A DNA stretch of 64,000 bases from Anaerohalosphaeraceae bacterium (GTDB lineage Bacteria > Planctomycetota > Phycisphaerae > Sedimentisphaerales > Anaerohalosphaeraceae): positions 1 to 64,000 of the forward strand of contig JBNRMN010000067.1 of NCBI GenBank assembly GCA_050309605.1, written 5' to 3'. A program made the position numbers and the translations under genes. Of this stretch, positions 1 to 9,096 are shown one piece after another (position 1 is the stretch's first letter; each line of letters begins with the position of its first letter). The notes under the pieces are model-generated. The model was not told where the DNA came from, made no database searches, and saw only the letters and a program-made list of their open reading frames with translations.

Positions 1-2
1 GG

Positions 3-185
3 TATCTGCCGGGCGTGAAATATGCACTGGAGCATCTGGGCATCTGCTCCGGCTACGCGGCCGAACCCCTGCGCGGCCCCTCGGCCAATCAGCAGCGAAA
101 GATCATCGAGTTCGTGGATGCCTTTGAGTGGAACCAGGACAATCATCACGAGTTAAAATCGTTACGGAAAATAAAGATGCGATAA
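3..185 (+). CDS. 3' end of a dihydrodipicolinate synthase / N-acetylneuraminate lyase family protein (partial)
   Basis: Manual translation from the window edge: YLPGVKYALEHLGICSGYAAEPLRGP...KIKMR*, stop at 183-185. KxALxxLGI....xPL is typical of the DapA/NanA C-terminus. Confidence 0.6.
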   Translation, partial: YLPGVKYALEHLGICSGYAAEPLRGPSANQQRKIIEFVDAFEWNQDNHHELKSLRKIKMR

Positions 186-304
186 CATCGAAATGACGGT
201 GAACAAATTGTTTTGCGAGGGTCGAAAATATGATTGAAGTTGAATAAGGCACAGAATGGTTCAGTGATATTGAGGTTAACTTTTTACGAGAGGATGGATG
301 AGCT

Positions 305-2923
305 ATGAATAAAATGAATATCTCATTGGTTATAATGGTAATTGGGGCAATGCTTACATCCACAACATTTGGAGATGTAACGGCCTATACCGGGTTTGAT
401 TATTCCGGTACAACACTGACAGGGCAATCGTCTATCAACGATATTGGTCTGGCAGATTCGTGGGCGGGCGGAGCTGTTGGAATAGCCCCCGGAAGTCTGG
501 ATTATCCTGAAAGTTCAGGTTTTTCCGCTATCGGCAATCGGATCCGTACGCAATCCGGCAGTAATCTGGAAGGCACCAGAATGTTTACAGCGGATGCCCA
601 GATTGATATGGATAAAGACAAAGACTATTATTTTAGTTTCCTTATGCGTTCTGGCTCAAATCGGTATATGGGACTCGCATTAAGAGGGACCGGTGTTACA
701 ATTATCGAGCTTGGCATCGGTTCAGAGGGTCGTTTTCGAATCTGCTATGGTGCGGGATGCTCCACAAATATATTGATTGAGCACAATACGACCTATTTGG
801 TTGCAGGTAAAATTGAGGCGCGAGCCGCAGGAACCGATAGAATTGCCCTGAAAGTCTATAAAAGCACAGACATCATAGACAGCATCGAACCTGACACCTG
901 GACTATCACACGATCGGGAACGTACACCGGAATATATACTCAGCTCGGAGTTCGTGGCGGAAATAACAATATTTGGGAAATCGATGAAATTCGTTTCGGC
1001 GAAAGCTGGTTCGATGTTGCCTATTTTTCATATCAGTCATACAGTCCTTCTCCGATTTCCGGAGCTGTCGGGGTGGAGATCGCCCCGACATTAGCCTGGA
1101 AAGCCTCTTCTGAAGTAACCGCATTTGATGTCTATCTGGGGACGGACCCCAATGCATTGAGCCCGGTGGCTTCTGACTTGACTGACACGGCACTGACGGT
1201 TGAATCTCTTCAGTTGGGGACAACCTACTATTGGCGTGTCGATTCTATTGCCGGCGGAGCGGTGACAGTGGGTGATGTCTGGATGTTCACCACGGCAGGC
1301 AAAGCGGCTTCGCCGCAACCACCTAACAACTCCGGCAATAATGCCACTGTCCCCCTTCTGGGGTGGCAGGGAGACTTTCTTGCCGAATCGTACAATGTGT
1401 ATTTCGGAACATCTCCGGACGCATTAACACTGAGGAGCACGACAGCGGAGCCGCAATTCCAGATTGCTGATGCACTGGAAGAGAACAGCACGTATTACTG
1501 GCGTGTCGATCAATTGGACGGCAGCGGTGAGCCGATTATGAGCGGTGATGTATGGAGCTTTTCGACGGGCGGCCTGTTTGGGCACTGGAAATTAGATGAA
1601 GCCTCAGGGACCGCTGTGGTCAATGCGGTCTCCGGCGGGCCGAATGGTACCATCGTTGCCCAACACAACGATTATTCCCGGACATCCGGTGTTGTAGACA
1701 GAGCTATAAAATTTGACCCGCTCTATCAATTCAATGATGAGGGGCCGCGAATTGAGTTAACAGACATTGGCGGTCATGCGAACATTAATACAGATCAAGC
1801 AACGATAGCAATGTGGCTTCGTCCCGATGGACCGCAACAGTCCGTCGTGGGATTGTTTGTGAATCGTTTTCCGGAAATAGCACCTGAATACGGGGCCGGC
1901 ATTCAGCTTGAAGGAGGCAGTGTTCGATATCTCTGGAATGGCACCCATTACGGATGGAACAGCGGCATTACTCTTCCCATTGATACGTGGGCGTATCTTG
2001 CGCTGGTGATTGAACGGACGCAGGCGACACTTTATCTGATTCAGGACGGCCAGGTCCATTCTGCGGTTAACACCGCCACCCATTTTAATGAAACGTTTGG
2101 TGGTGCGACTCGTATCGGCGCAGAAGTGCTGCCGCGTGAGCGATTTTTCCGGGGCATAATTGATGATGTGCGCATTTACAATCGCCCCCTGAACGAGGCT
2201 GAACTGGCAACGATTTATGACCAAAGCAGTCTCGCCAAGTATCCCGATCCGAGCAACGGACAAATCAATGTCACAACAAGCCCGGATTTACAGTGGACGC
2301 CCGGTGTTGAAATGACATCGCAAAACCTCTATTTCCGATCTGATCCGAACTTTGCCGACGCCGTGCCCGTGGCAACTGATATAACGGACAGTGTTTGGCC
2401 GGTCGGCAGTGAGCTGGAACTGGATACGACGTACTATTGGCGCGTGGATACAATTACCGATGCCAATGTGATTACCGGTAATGTCTGGAGCTTTACAACG
2501 GTGCCGCCGAAAGCGTATAATCCGGCGCCTGGCAACGATGCGGTTGAAGTGAGTCCCTTCGGGACGATGCTGACCTGGAACCCCGCTCCGGGCGGACCGT
2601 ACACCCATCAAGTCTATATGAGTACCGCAGCCAGTGATGTGGTTGAACGGCGACCGTCGGCTTATCAGGGAGAGTTTGAAAACGCTGTCTTTGACCCTGG
2701 GACATTAGACTGGGATACACGGTATTTCTGGGTTGTTGATGAATTTGATGGACAAAATTTATACGCCGGCGATCTGTGGAGCTTCACGACGATCAGTCCT
2801 GTGTGTGATCCTCCGTTACTGATGGATGCCAATGGCGACTGCGTTGTTGATATTGCAGACTTTGCAATACTGGCGTCTGAATGGCTGGATTGCAATCTTA
2901 TTCCGGCCGAGGCATGTCCATAG
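305..2923 (+). CDS. Secreted LamG-like jellyroll protein with repeated FN3-like modules and a C-terminal dockerin-like motif
   Basis: Signal peptide; repeated YYWRVD..GDVWSFTT modules; LamG signatures HWKLDE and FRGIIDDVRIYNRPL; C-terminal DANGDCVVDIADFAILASEWL. Confidence 0.85.
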   Translation: MNKMNISLVIMVIGAMLTSTTFGDVTAYTGFDYSGTTLTGQSSINDIGLADSWAGGAVGIAPGSLDYPESSGFSAIGNRIRTQSGSNLEGTRMFTADAQIDMDKDKDYYFSFLMRSGSNRYMGLALRGTGVTIIELGIGSEGRFRICYGAGCSTNILIEHNTTYLVAGKIEARAAGTDRIALKVYKSTDIIDSIEPDTWTITRSGTYTGIYTQLGVRGGNNNIWEIDEIRFGESWFDVAYFSYQSYSPSPISGAVGVEIAPTLAWKASSEVTAFDVYLGTDPNALSPVASDLTDTALTVESLQLGTTYYWRVDSIAGGAVTVGDVWMFTTAGKAASPQPPNNSGNNATVPLLGWQGDFLAESYNVYFGTSPDALTLRSTTAEPQFQIADALEENSTYYWRVDQLDGSGEPIMSGDVWSFSTGGLFGHWKLDEASGTAVVNAVSGGPNGTIVAQHNDYSRTSGVVDRAIKFDPLYQFNDEGPRIELTDIGGHANINTDQATIAMWLRPDGPQQSVVGLFVNRFPEIAPEYGAGIQLEGGSVRYLWNGTHYGWNSGITLPIDTWAYLALVIERTQATLYLIQDGQVHSAVNTATHFNETFGGATRIGAEVLPRERFFRGIIDDVRIYNRPLNEAELATIYDQSSLAKYPDPSNGQINVTTSPDLQWTPGVEMTSQNLYFRSDPNFADAVPVATDITDSVWPVGSELELDTTYYWRVDTITDANVITGNVWSFTTVPPKAYNPAPGNDAVEVSPFGTMLTWNPAPGGPYTHQVYMSTAASDVVERRPSAYQGEFENAVFDPGTLDWDTRYFWVVDEFDGQNLYAGDLWSFTTISPVCDPPLLMDANGDCVVDIADFAILASEWLDCNLIPAEACP

Positions 2924-2960
2924 GCGCTTTTGAAAAATGACGGATGTTATGCTAATCGTA

Positions 2961-2995
2961 ACAGGCGCAGCGGAAGATCCGTCCGCTGCGCCTGT
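2961..2995 (+). other. Perfect 14-bp intergenic inverted repeat without a U-tract
   Basis: ACAGGCGCAGCGGA-agatccg-TCCGCTGCGCCTGT. Confidence 0.8.
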
Positions 2996-3013
2996 CCAGT
3001 GAAAGGATTGTAT

Positions 3014-3874
3014 ATGGGAAAAACAACAGCTCAAAAAGGCTTTACATTAATCGAGCTGCTTGTGGTGATTGCCATCATCGCGTTGTTGTTGTCAATTGTT
3101 GCACCCGCTCTAAGAAAAGCCAAAGAGCATGCTCGTATGGTTATCTGTTCGACTCGTCAGCGCGGCGTCGTCCAATCACTGCAAGCATACAGCACCGACA
3201 ATAACGGAAAACTTCCCCCCAGCACTCAAGGCAGAGATTTAAATGGGAACGGAATTCATGGTGAAATTGATGACTGGTGGGCAATACCCATTCGGATTAA
3301 ATATTATTCCAATCGCCCGGACTCTGCTTTTGGGGGCGATATCCTGAGATTTTTGGGTGCTTACGTCCGCGATCCAATCTATTTTCACTGCCCCATCAAT
3401 CCTACAGAACCGGAAGACCTTGAGCGATTTTATGATGAATACAACTCCGAAGTAAGTACGTTCTTAAATTGCTCTTATATGCTGCTGTGGAACTATCGGG
3501 GGTTTGAGAAATCCGGGCACCGTTTCAGCCCCATCGACGGAAAACATCAGCTCATGATTTCTGATCTATGCTATATGGATAATGGCGTAGTGGGGCCTGC
3601 GGAACATCGCCCATTGGACAAGTGGATCGCCAATCATCGAATGCAGGGCGCCTACAGCCACGGATTCAATCAGGGGGTTGACGGCGCCGAAGATCAGTTT
3701 CAAAAGTTTTGGATGAAACCGGATTCACGCAATAATATTCCGCGTATGCGGCTGAACTCCGGCTATCTTGATGGCAGTGTTCGTCAAAGCGATACACACA
3801 CCAATGTGATCGGATTGGATTTGTTCAACGGAAGTCCCCAAAATACTTTTTTACTGCCGATCGAATGGCGCTAA
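3014..3874 (+). CDS. Prepilin-type N-terminal cleavage/methylation protein (DUF1559/SBP_bac_10-like)
   Basis: KGFTLIELLVVIAIIALLLSIVAPALRKAKEHAR..C; FHCP; C-terminal NSGYLDGSV. AAAGGA precedes the ATG at 3014. Confidence 0.9.
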   Translation: MGKTTAQKGFTLIELLVVIAIIALLLSIVAPALRKAKEHARMVICSTRQRGVVQSLQAYSTDNNGKLPPSTQGRDLNGNGIHGEIDDWWAIPIRIKYYSNRPDSAFGGDILRFLGAYVRDPIYFHCPINPTEPEDLERFYDEYNSEVSTFLNCSYMLLWNYRGFEKSGHRFSPIDGKHQLMISDLCYMDNGVVGPAEHRPLDKWIANHRMQGAYSHGFNQGVDGAEDQFQKFWMKPDSRNNIPRMRLNSGYLDGSVRQSDTHTNVIGLDLFNGSPQNTFLLPIEWR

Positions 3875-3919
3875 CTCGACTGAATGACAAACCAAATCAA
3901 ACTGAAAGAGTATTGCCTT

Positions 3920-6916
3920 ATGAGACAGTCTGTGTCTGTATTAATGTTCTTGGCGATTTCAATATCAAGTCAGATGGCAGCGGAAACGTCTGCTTCGTCT
4001 TATGAAAATTCCGTTGGGATGACCCTGCGCCGTGTGGAGGCCGGCAGTTTTCAAATGGGACAATCCAACGGCGAGTGGGATGAACAGCCCGTTCGGACGG
4101 TAACGATCAGTCAATCGTTTTATCTGTCCGAAACGGAAATCACAAATGCCCAATACGAACAATTCGATCCCGACCATGCCGCGTTTCGCGGAAAACATGG
4201 ATTGTCAAGCGGTGATGATGAGGCGGCTGTCTATGTCTCCTGGCATGAGGCGATGGCTTTCTGTGAATGGCTCAGTCAAAAAGAAGGCGTCCCCTATCGG
4301 CTGCCTACAGAGGCCGAGTGGGAATATGTCTGTCGAGCAGGCACAGCGACAGCGTTTTTTACGGGCGATACACTTCCTGAGACATATCATAAAAATCAAA
4401 ATACATCGTGGACGCCTGTAGCCGGCATTAATCTGACGGTTGGGCAGACTCCCCCGAATGCATGGGGATTTTATGATATGCACGGGAATGTTGAAGAATG
4501 GTGTCTGGACTGGTATGGGCCTTATCCTTCATTTGATCAAACCGATCCGATCGGGTATGGAGAAGGCATCGCGCGCGTAACTCGCGGAGGCAGTCATTCG
4601 ACGCCAGTGCAATACCTGCGTTCAGCCAATCGAATGAGTACGCTGCCGGAAGATAAGCATTGGCTGATCGGATTTCGGGTCGTTCAAGGGCACCTGCCGG
4701 AAACGGCTCTCTTGCCTTGTCCGACTCCGCCGCGGTGGGCGCAGCATGTAAGCCAGGAATCTTATGACTGGTCAGAAGGACCCGATACACATGAATCCTA
4801 TTTTAGAGGACCGCGTCAATATGTTTTTGTGCCGCCCAACTCAAACGGTCCATTGTATTCACGTCACAATCATCAGCCCGCCATTACGGCTTGTCCCAAC
4901 GGTGATTTGCTGGCCATCTGGTACACCTGCAATACGGAACCGGGCCGAGAGTTGGCTGTAGCGGCCAGTCGCTTGCGCCGCGGCGCCGAGTCCTGGGAAC
5001 CGGCTGATTTGTTTTGGGATATGGCTGATCGAAACGACCACGGAACAGCCCTGTTTTGGGACGGTGACCAAACCATTTATTTTACAAATGGATTATGTAC
5101 CGATGCGACATGGGGCAAGTTGGCGTTGATATTGCGGACCAGCACGGACAATGGAGTGACTTGGTCCACGCCGCGAATCATCAATGACGCGCATGGTTTA
5201 CGAAATATGCCGATTGCCGGGTTGTTCCGGACACAAGAAGATTATTTAGTGTTGCCATGTGATGCCGTTACCGGCGGCGCCGGCGGCAGTGCAGTGCACA
5301 TCAGCAAAGACGGCGGTCAGACGTGGATCGATCCGGGACGTGGACGGCCGTCTCCGTCTTTTTCAGAAGGCTCGACCGGTGCATGGATCGCAGGCATTCA
5401 TGCGGCGGTCATTCAGCAAAATAACGGGAATCTGTTGGCTTTTGGGCGTGGCAATGACATCAATGGAAAGATGCCGATAAGCGTCTCTTCAGATATGGGC
5501 GAAAACTGGACGTATTCGGCCTCTGCGCTTCCGCCTTTAGGCGGCGGCCAGCGTGCCACGATTCTGCGGCTTAAGGAAGGGCCGTTGTTTATGGCGACGT
5601 TCTTTCCGTCATTGAAGATTCAAGATGCCGCGGGCCAAGAACGAGCCGTTTCAGGATTAGTGGGAATGGTCAGTTATGATGATGGACAAACATGGCCGCT
5701 TAAACGATTAATTACCGACGATGGTCCGCCGCGTTTAGTGGATGGCGGCGGAAATACGGGATGGTTTACCCTCGGCCCGGATACAGCCGAACCCAAAGGG
5801 TATCTGGCCTCAACCCAATCGCCCGACGGGATTATTCATTTAATAAGCAGTAAACAGCATTATGCCTTTAATCTGAAATGGCTCCAGACGCCAATGCCGG
5901 AAGGCCCCGCTGCGCCGACATTGACGATGAAACAATATATGCAACGAATTTTCAATGCGGATGTGACGCCTGCCCAGGCTGAACCCGAATGGTTTTTCAC
6001 CGGCAGCGGTATGACAGAGAATCAAGCCGTTCAACTTTCAACGGCTGGTCACATGACAGTGATAACCGGTCCGAACCAGCGAGCTCGATGGTTCAATCAG
6101 AGCGTTGATGGGTTCGCGGCAGCGTCGCCGGAGACGGGTCTGACCTGTGAAATCCGGATGCAGGTCACGCGCAGTACCAGTCCTACTCGCGGTGTGGATT
6201 TTGAGGTCTATCTGGGGGATGGAAACAGTGTGCATCGTCGTTATTTTTTATCGGTGACCACAACAGGAGTTTTTTGGTTCGACGGCGGAACATTTCGTCA
6301 AATTGCATCACAGGTGGATAACGCCTCTGAGATGCATGCCTATCGGCTCAGTATTCGGCCGGAAGGCGATTGTCTTGTCTATCGGGACAATGAATTTCTT
6401 GCTGCCGTCTCTCCGTCGGCAGGATTTGACAATTTCCTGAATCCGGACGGGCCTTATTTGCAGTGGGGCGAAGGCGCCGGTGCCAGCGAAGCCGACTTTA
6501 TTGTTGATTATATTGCATGGGATATGGCCGGTGCTTTTCGGCCTGCGGTTCTTGACCCGAAGGACGGCCGGACAGATGTCGATCCACTGACACATCTTGA
6601 ATGGCCTTCAGAATTTGACTGTCTCTACACCTATGATGTATGTCTTGGGGAATCTCCGGACAATCTGGTGCGTGTTGCTTCCGGTTTGCACGAAAACACC
6701 TATAAACCGAATCCATTAAAGTGGGGGGTGTCCTATTATTGGAAAGTTACGGCATTTGATAATAACTCATCCAATCCAGGGCCGATGTGGACCTTCACCA
6801 CCCAATCCGCCGTGTGCGGGGAACCGTTAAGGATGGATGTCAATAACGATTGCGTGGTTGATATGAAAGATTTGGTTTTTTTTTTAGAGGAATACTTGTC
6901 TGATGCTATTCCTTAA
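3920..6916 (+). CDS. Secreted FGE/SUMF1-domain + BNR/sialidase-like propeller protein with a dockerin-like C-terminus
   Basis: FGE motifs RLPTEAEWEY, GFYDMHGNVEEW, IGFRVV; four Asp-boxes STDNGVTW, SKDGGQTW, SSDMGENW, SYDDGQTW; DVNNDCVVDMKDL. Confidence 0.88.
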   Translation: MRQSVSVLMFLAISISSQMAAETSASSYENSVGMTLRRVEAGSFQMGQSNGEWDEQPVRTVTISQSFYLSETEITNAQYEQFDPDHAAFRGKHGLSSGDDEAAVYVSWHEAMAFCEWLSQKEGVPYRLPTEAEWEYVCRAGTATAFFTGDTLPETYHKNQNTSWTPVAGINLTVGQTPPNAWGFYDMHGNVEEWCLDWYGPYPSFDQTDPIGYGEGIARVTRGGSHSTPVQYLRSANRMSTLPEDKHWLIGFRVVQGHLPETALLPCPTPPRWAQHVSQESYDWSEGPDTHESYFRGPRQYVFVPPNSNGPLYSRHNHQPAITACPNGDLLAIWYTCNTEPGRELAVAASRLRRGAESWEPADLFWDMADRNDHGTALFWDGDQTIYFTNGLCTDATWGKLALILRTSTDNGVTWSTPRIINDAHGLRNMPIAGLFRTQEDYLVLPCDAVTGGAGGSAVHISKDGGQTWIDPGRGRPSPSFSEGSTGAWIAGIHAAVIQQNNGNLLAFGRGNDINGKMPISVSSDMGENWTYSASALPPLGGGQRATILRLKEGPLFMATFFPSLKIQDAAGQERAVSGLVGMVSYDDGQTWPLKRLITDDGPPRLVDGGGNTGWFTLGPDTAEPKGYLASTQSPDGIIHLISSKQHYAFNLKWLQTPMPEGPAAPTLTMKQYMQRIFNADVTPAQAEPEWFFTGSGMTENQAVQLSTAGHMTVITGPNQRARWFNQSVDGFAAASPETGLTCEIRMQVTRSTSPTRGVDFEVYLGDGNSVHRRYFLSVTTTGVFWFDGGTFRQIASQVDNASEMHAYRLSIRPEGDCLVYRDNEFLAAVSPSAGFDNFLNPDGPYLQWGEGAGASEADFIVDYIAWDMAGAFRPAVLDPKDGRTDVDPLTHLEWPSEFDCLYTYDVCLGESPDNLVRVASGLHENTYKPNPLKWGVSYYWKVTAFDNNSSNPGPMWTFTTQSAVCGEPLRMDVNNDCVVDMKDLVFFLEEYLSDAIP

Positions 6917-7349
6917 ACAAGCATAACATCACGGCCAATCGCGCACCTTGCGGGCGGTGTCAAGAAGTGTCACACTGTTGGTATCGGCGCTGAATCAGGC
7001 CGTTGCCGGTCATTTTTTTTAATCAGTAAAATGTTATCGATCCAAACTGCCGTTTGGATCACCTTCAATTCGTTTCGCTTTCCCTGTTTTTTGGATACTT
7101 CCTGTCAGGTTTTGGTTAATTCTTTTCGGCTTGGGATTTTGAGGGTTTATCGGTGCGTTGACACCCATGGGATGATCACAATATGGTGGTGCGACTGAGG
7201 GATCTGATAAAATTAAACAAACCTCAATATATTGCGTTTTCCAGTTCTCTTATTCGTATATATAGTCAGTTCTGACCAGTCCAGCCTGGTGATCAAGTCG
7301 GTGGAATCCTAAAAAGTTAAACATATTTTCAGAAAACGCCGATTTTTAA

Positions 7350-7406
7350 TTGACAGAATGTGGTACAGAATGATACCATTCTCCCATAGCTGTGTTGCCA
7401 TGTGGG
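7350..7406 (+). promoter_or_regulatory. Sigma70-like mraZ promoter with GTGG-type MraZ-box-like repeats
   Basis: TTGACA at 7350, TGaTACCAT at 7371-7379; GTGGT (7360), GTGTT (7392), GTGGG (7402). Confidence 0.5.
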
Positions 7407-7415
7407 ACTAAATCC

Positions 7416-7895
7416 ATGTTAATGTTAACAGGTGAATACGAGCATACGATCGATGATAAGAATCGCCTTTTCATCTCGAACAAGCTCCGCAGTCAAATTG
7501 ATACGGAGCGATACGGCAGCAATTTTTACTTGGCGATGGGTCCCAATGGTATTTTGAGTTTGTATCCGGAAAAACAATTTGAGCAAATCGCCCTTGCCGG
7601 TGCCCCAGGGACGGGCGCCCCGGACGAATCGGTCACGTATGAGCGGTTGAGTTTCGCTCTGGCCAGCAAGGTTGAGTTGGATCGGCAGGGGCGATTACTC
7701 ATCAATGAAAAATTGCGAAAACGCGCCCGTTTGGGCACGAATCTGACGCTGGTGGGTGTGCGGGACCATATTGAGGTCTGGAATACGGAAGATTGGGAGC
7801 AGTATTTGTCTGACAATCTCAATCTTTATCAGACCCAGGTGACCCATGCCCGACAAGAACAAATCCTGCGTCAGACACGAAACATAGTTGAATAG
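7416..7895 (+). CDS. mraZ: Transcriptional regulator MraZ
   Basis: GEYEHTIDDKNRL, ELDRQGRLLI, VGVRDHIEVWN; upstream of rsmH. Confidence 0.96.
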   Translation: MLMLTGEYEHTIDDKNRLFISNKLRSQIDTERYGSNFYLAMGPNGILSLYPEKQFEQIALAGAPGTGAPDESVTYERLSFALASKVELDRQGRLLINEKLRKRARLGTNLTLVGVRDHIEVWNTEDWEQYLSDNLNLYQTQVTHARQEQILRQTRNIVE

Positions 7896-7914
7896 CCATT
7901 TAGGAGGGCTTGTT

Positions 7915-8136
7915 ATGGTAAGCCACAATGACGCTATTGATATTGTTGGGCGGGCGCTGGCCGGCCGGCAGAAGACCGACGATCAGACGCTGGCTTCGGC
8001 GGATATATTGGCCGAGCGGCTGGATCGGGTCAATCGGCTTGGCGGCGTGTTCGAGCAGATTGCTTTTTCGCCTCAGATGGAGGCTATGCTTGGGTTACGG
8101 CAGCCGGCCGGTGCGGCCGGGTACGCCGCCGTGTGA
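7915..8136 (+). CDS. Small hypothetical protein (73 aa) between mraZ and rsmH
   Basis: AGGAGG RBS at 7901-7906; ORF fills the gap; stop overlaps the GTG at 8133 in the rsmH frame. Confidence 0.7.
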   Translation: MVSHNDAIDIVGRALAGRQKTDDQTLASADILAERLDRVNRLGGVFEQIAFSPQMEAMLGLRQPAGAAGYAAV

Positions 8137-9071
8137 CCATGAGCGACGCTGCGGACACATCGCATCTCAGGGACGACTCGGATGTCCCGCAGCATAGACC
8201 GGTTCTCGTTGAACCGTTGTTGGAACGGATTGACCTTCCCACGGATGGGATTATGGTCGATGCAACCGTCGGGCATGGAGGCCACAGCCGGTTGTTCGGC
8301 CGAATGTTAGGCCCTGAGGGTCGCTTGCTCGGACTGGACGTGGATCAAAACAGTATCCAAAGGGCCTGGCAGAACTTACGCGATCTTGCGTGCCGTGTGG
8401 AACTGATTCGGGACAATTTCGACCGAATCGCCGAGTTGCTGGCCGAACGCGGCATTGACAAGGTTGATTTGATCATAGCGGATTTGGGCTTCTGTTCGGC
8501 CCAACTGGATGATGTACAGCGAGGTCTGAGTTTCCAGACCGCAATGCCGCTGGATATGCGGCTGGATGACCGGCTCGGAACCACCGCAGCGGATTTGGTG
8601 AATCGGTTGAGCCAGAAGGACCTGGCGGATCTGATTTATCGCTACGGTCAGGACCGGGCATCACGGAGGATTGCCCGGTTTATTGTCGAGCAGCGCAAAC
8701 GCGCAAAACTGACTACAACAGCCGAACTGGCGGCGGTGGTTTGCCGTGCGTTGAAGGCCCCGTCGCGGGGGCATAAGATTCACCCGGCGACGCGCACCTT
8801 TCAGGCCCTGCGGATCGCGGTTAATGACGAGTTGAATCGCCTGCGGCGTTTGCTGGAGGCAGCGCCGGACCTGCTCAAAGGCGGCGGTCTGATTGCGGTG
8901 ATCAGTTTTCACAGTCTTGAAGACGGGATAGTCAAAAATGATTTTCGTCGAAATAAAACAGAGGGGGTTTACGACGTGCTGACCAAAAAGCCGATTCAGC
9001 CGACGCGCGAAGAAATCGTCGCAAATCCCCGCAGTCGAAGCGCCAAACTGCGAATTGCAAAACGGTTATAA
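8133..9071 (+). CDS. rsmH: 16S rRNA C1402 N4-methyltransferase RsmH
   Basis: HRPVL, DATVGHGGHS, PLDMRLD, HPATRTFQALRIAVNDE, ISFHSLED, NPRSRSAKLR. Start is 8133 or 8139. Confidence 0.97.
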   Translation: MTMSDAADTSHLRDDSDVPQHRPVLVEPLLERIDLPTDGIMVDATVGHGGHSRLFGRMLGPEGRLLGLDVDQNSIQRAWQNLRDLACRVELIRDNFDRIAELLAERGIDKVDLIIADLGFCSAQLDDVQRGLSFQTAMPLDMRLDDRLGTTAADLVNRLSQKDLADLIYRYGQDRASRRIARFIVEQRKRAKLTTTAELAAVVCRALKAPSRGHKIHPATRTFQALRIAVNDELNRLRRLLEAAPDLLKGGGLIAVISFHSLEDGIVKNDFRRNKTEGVYDVLTKKPIQPTREEIVANPRSRSAKLRIAKRL

Positions 9072-9096
9072 GAATATGGAAAAGGGAGTTGTCCAA

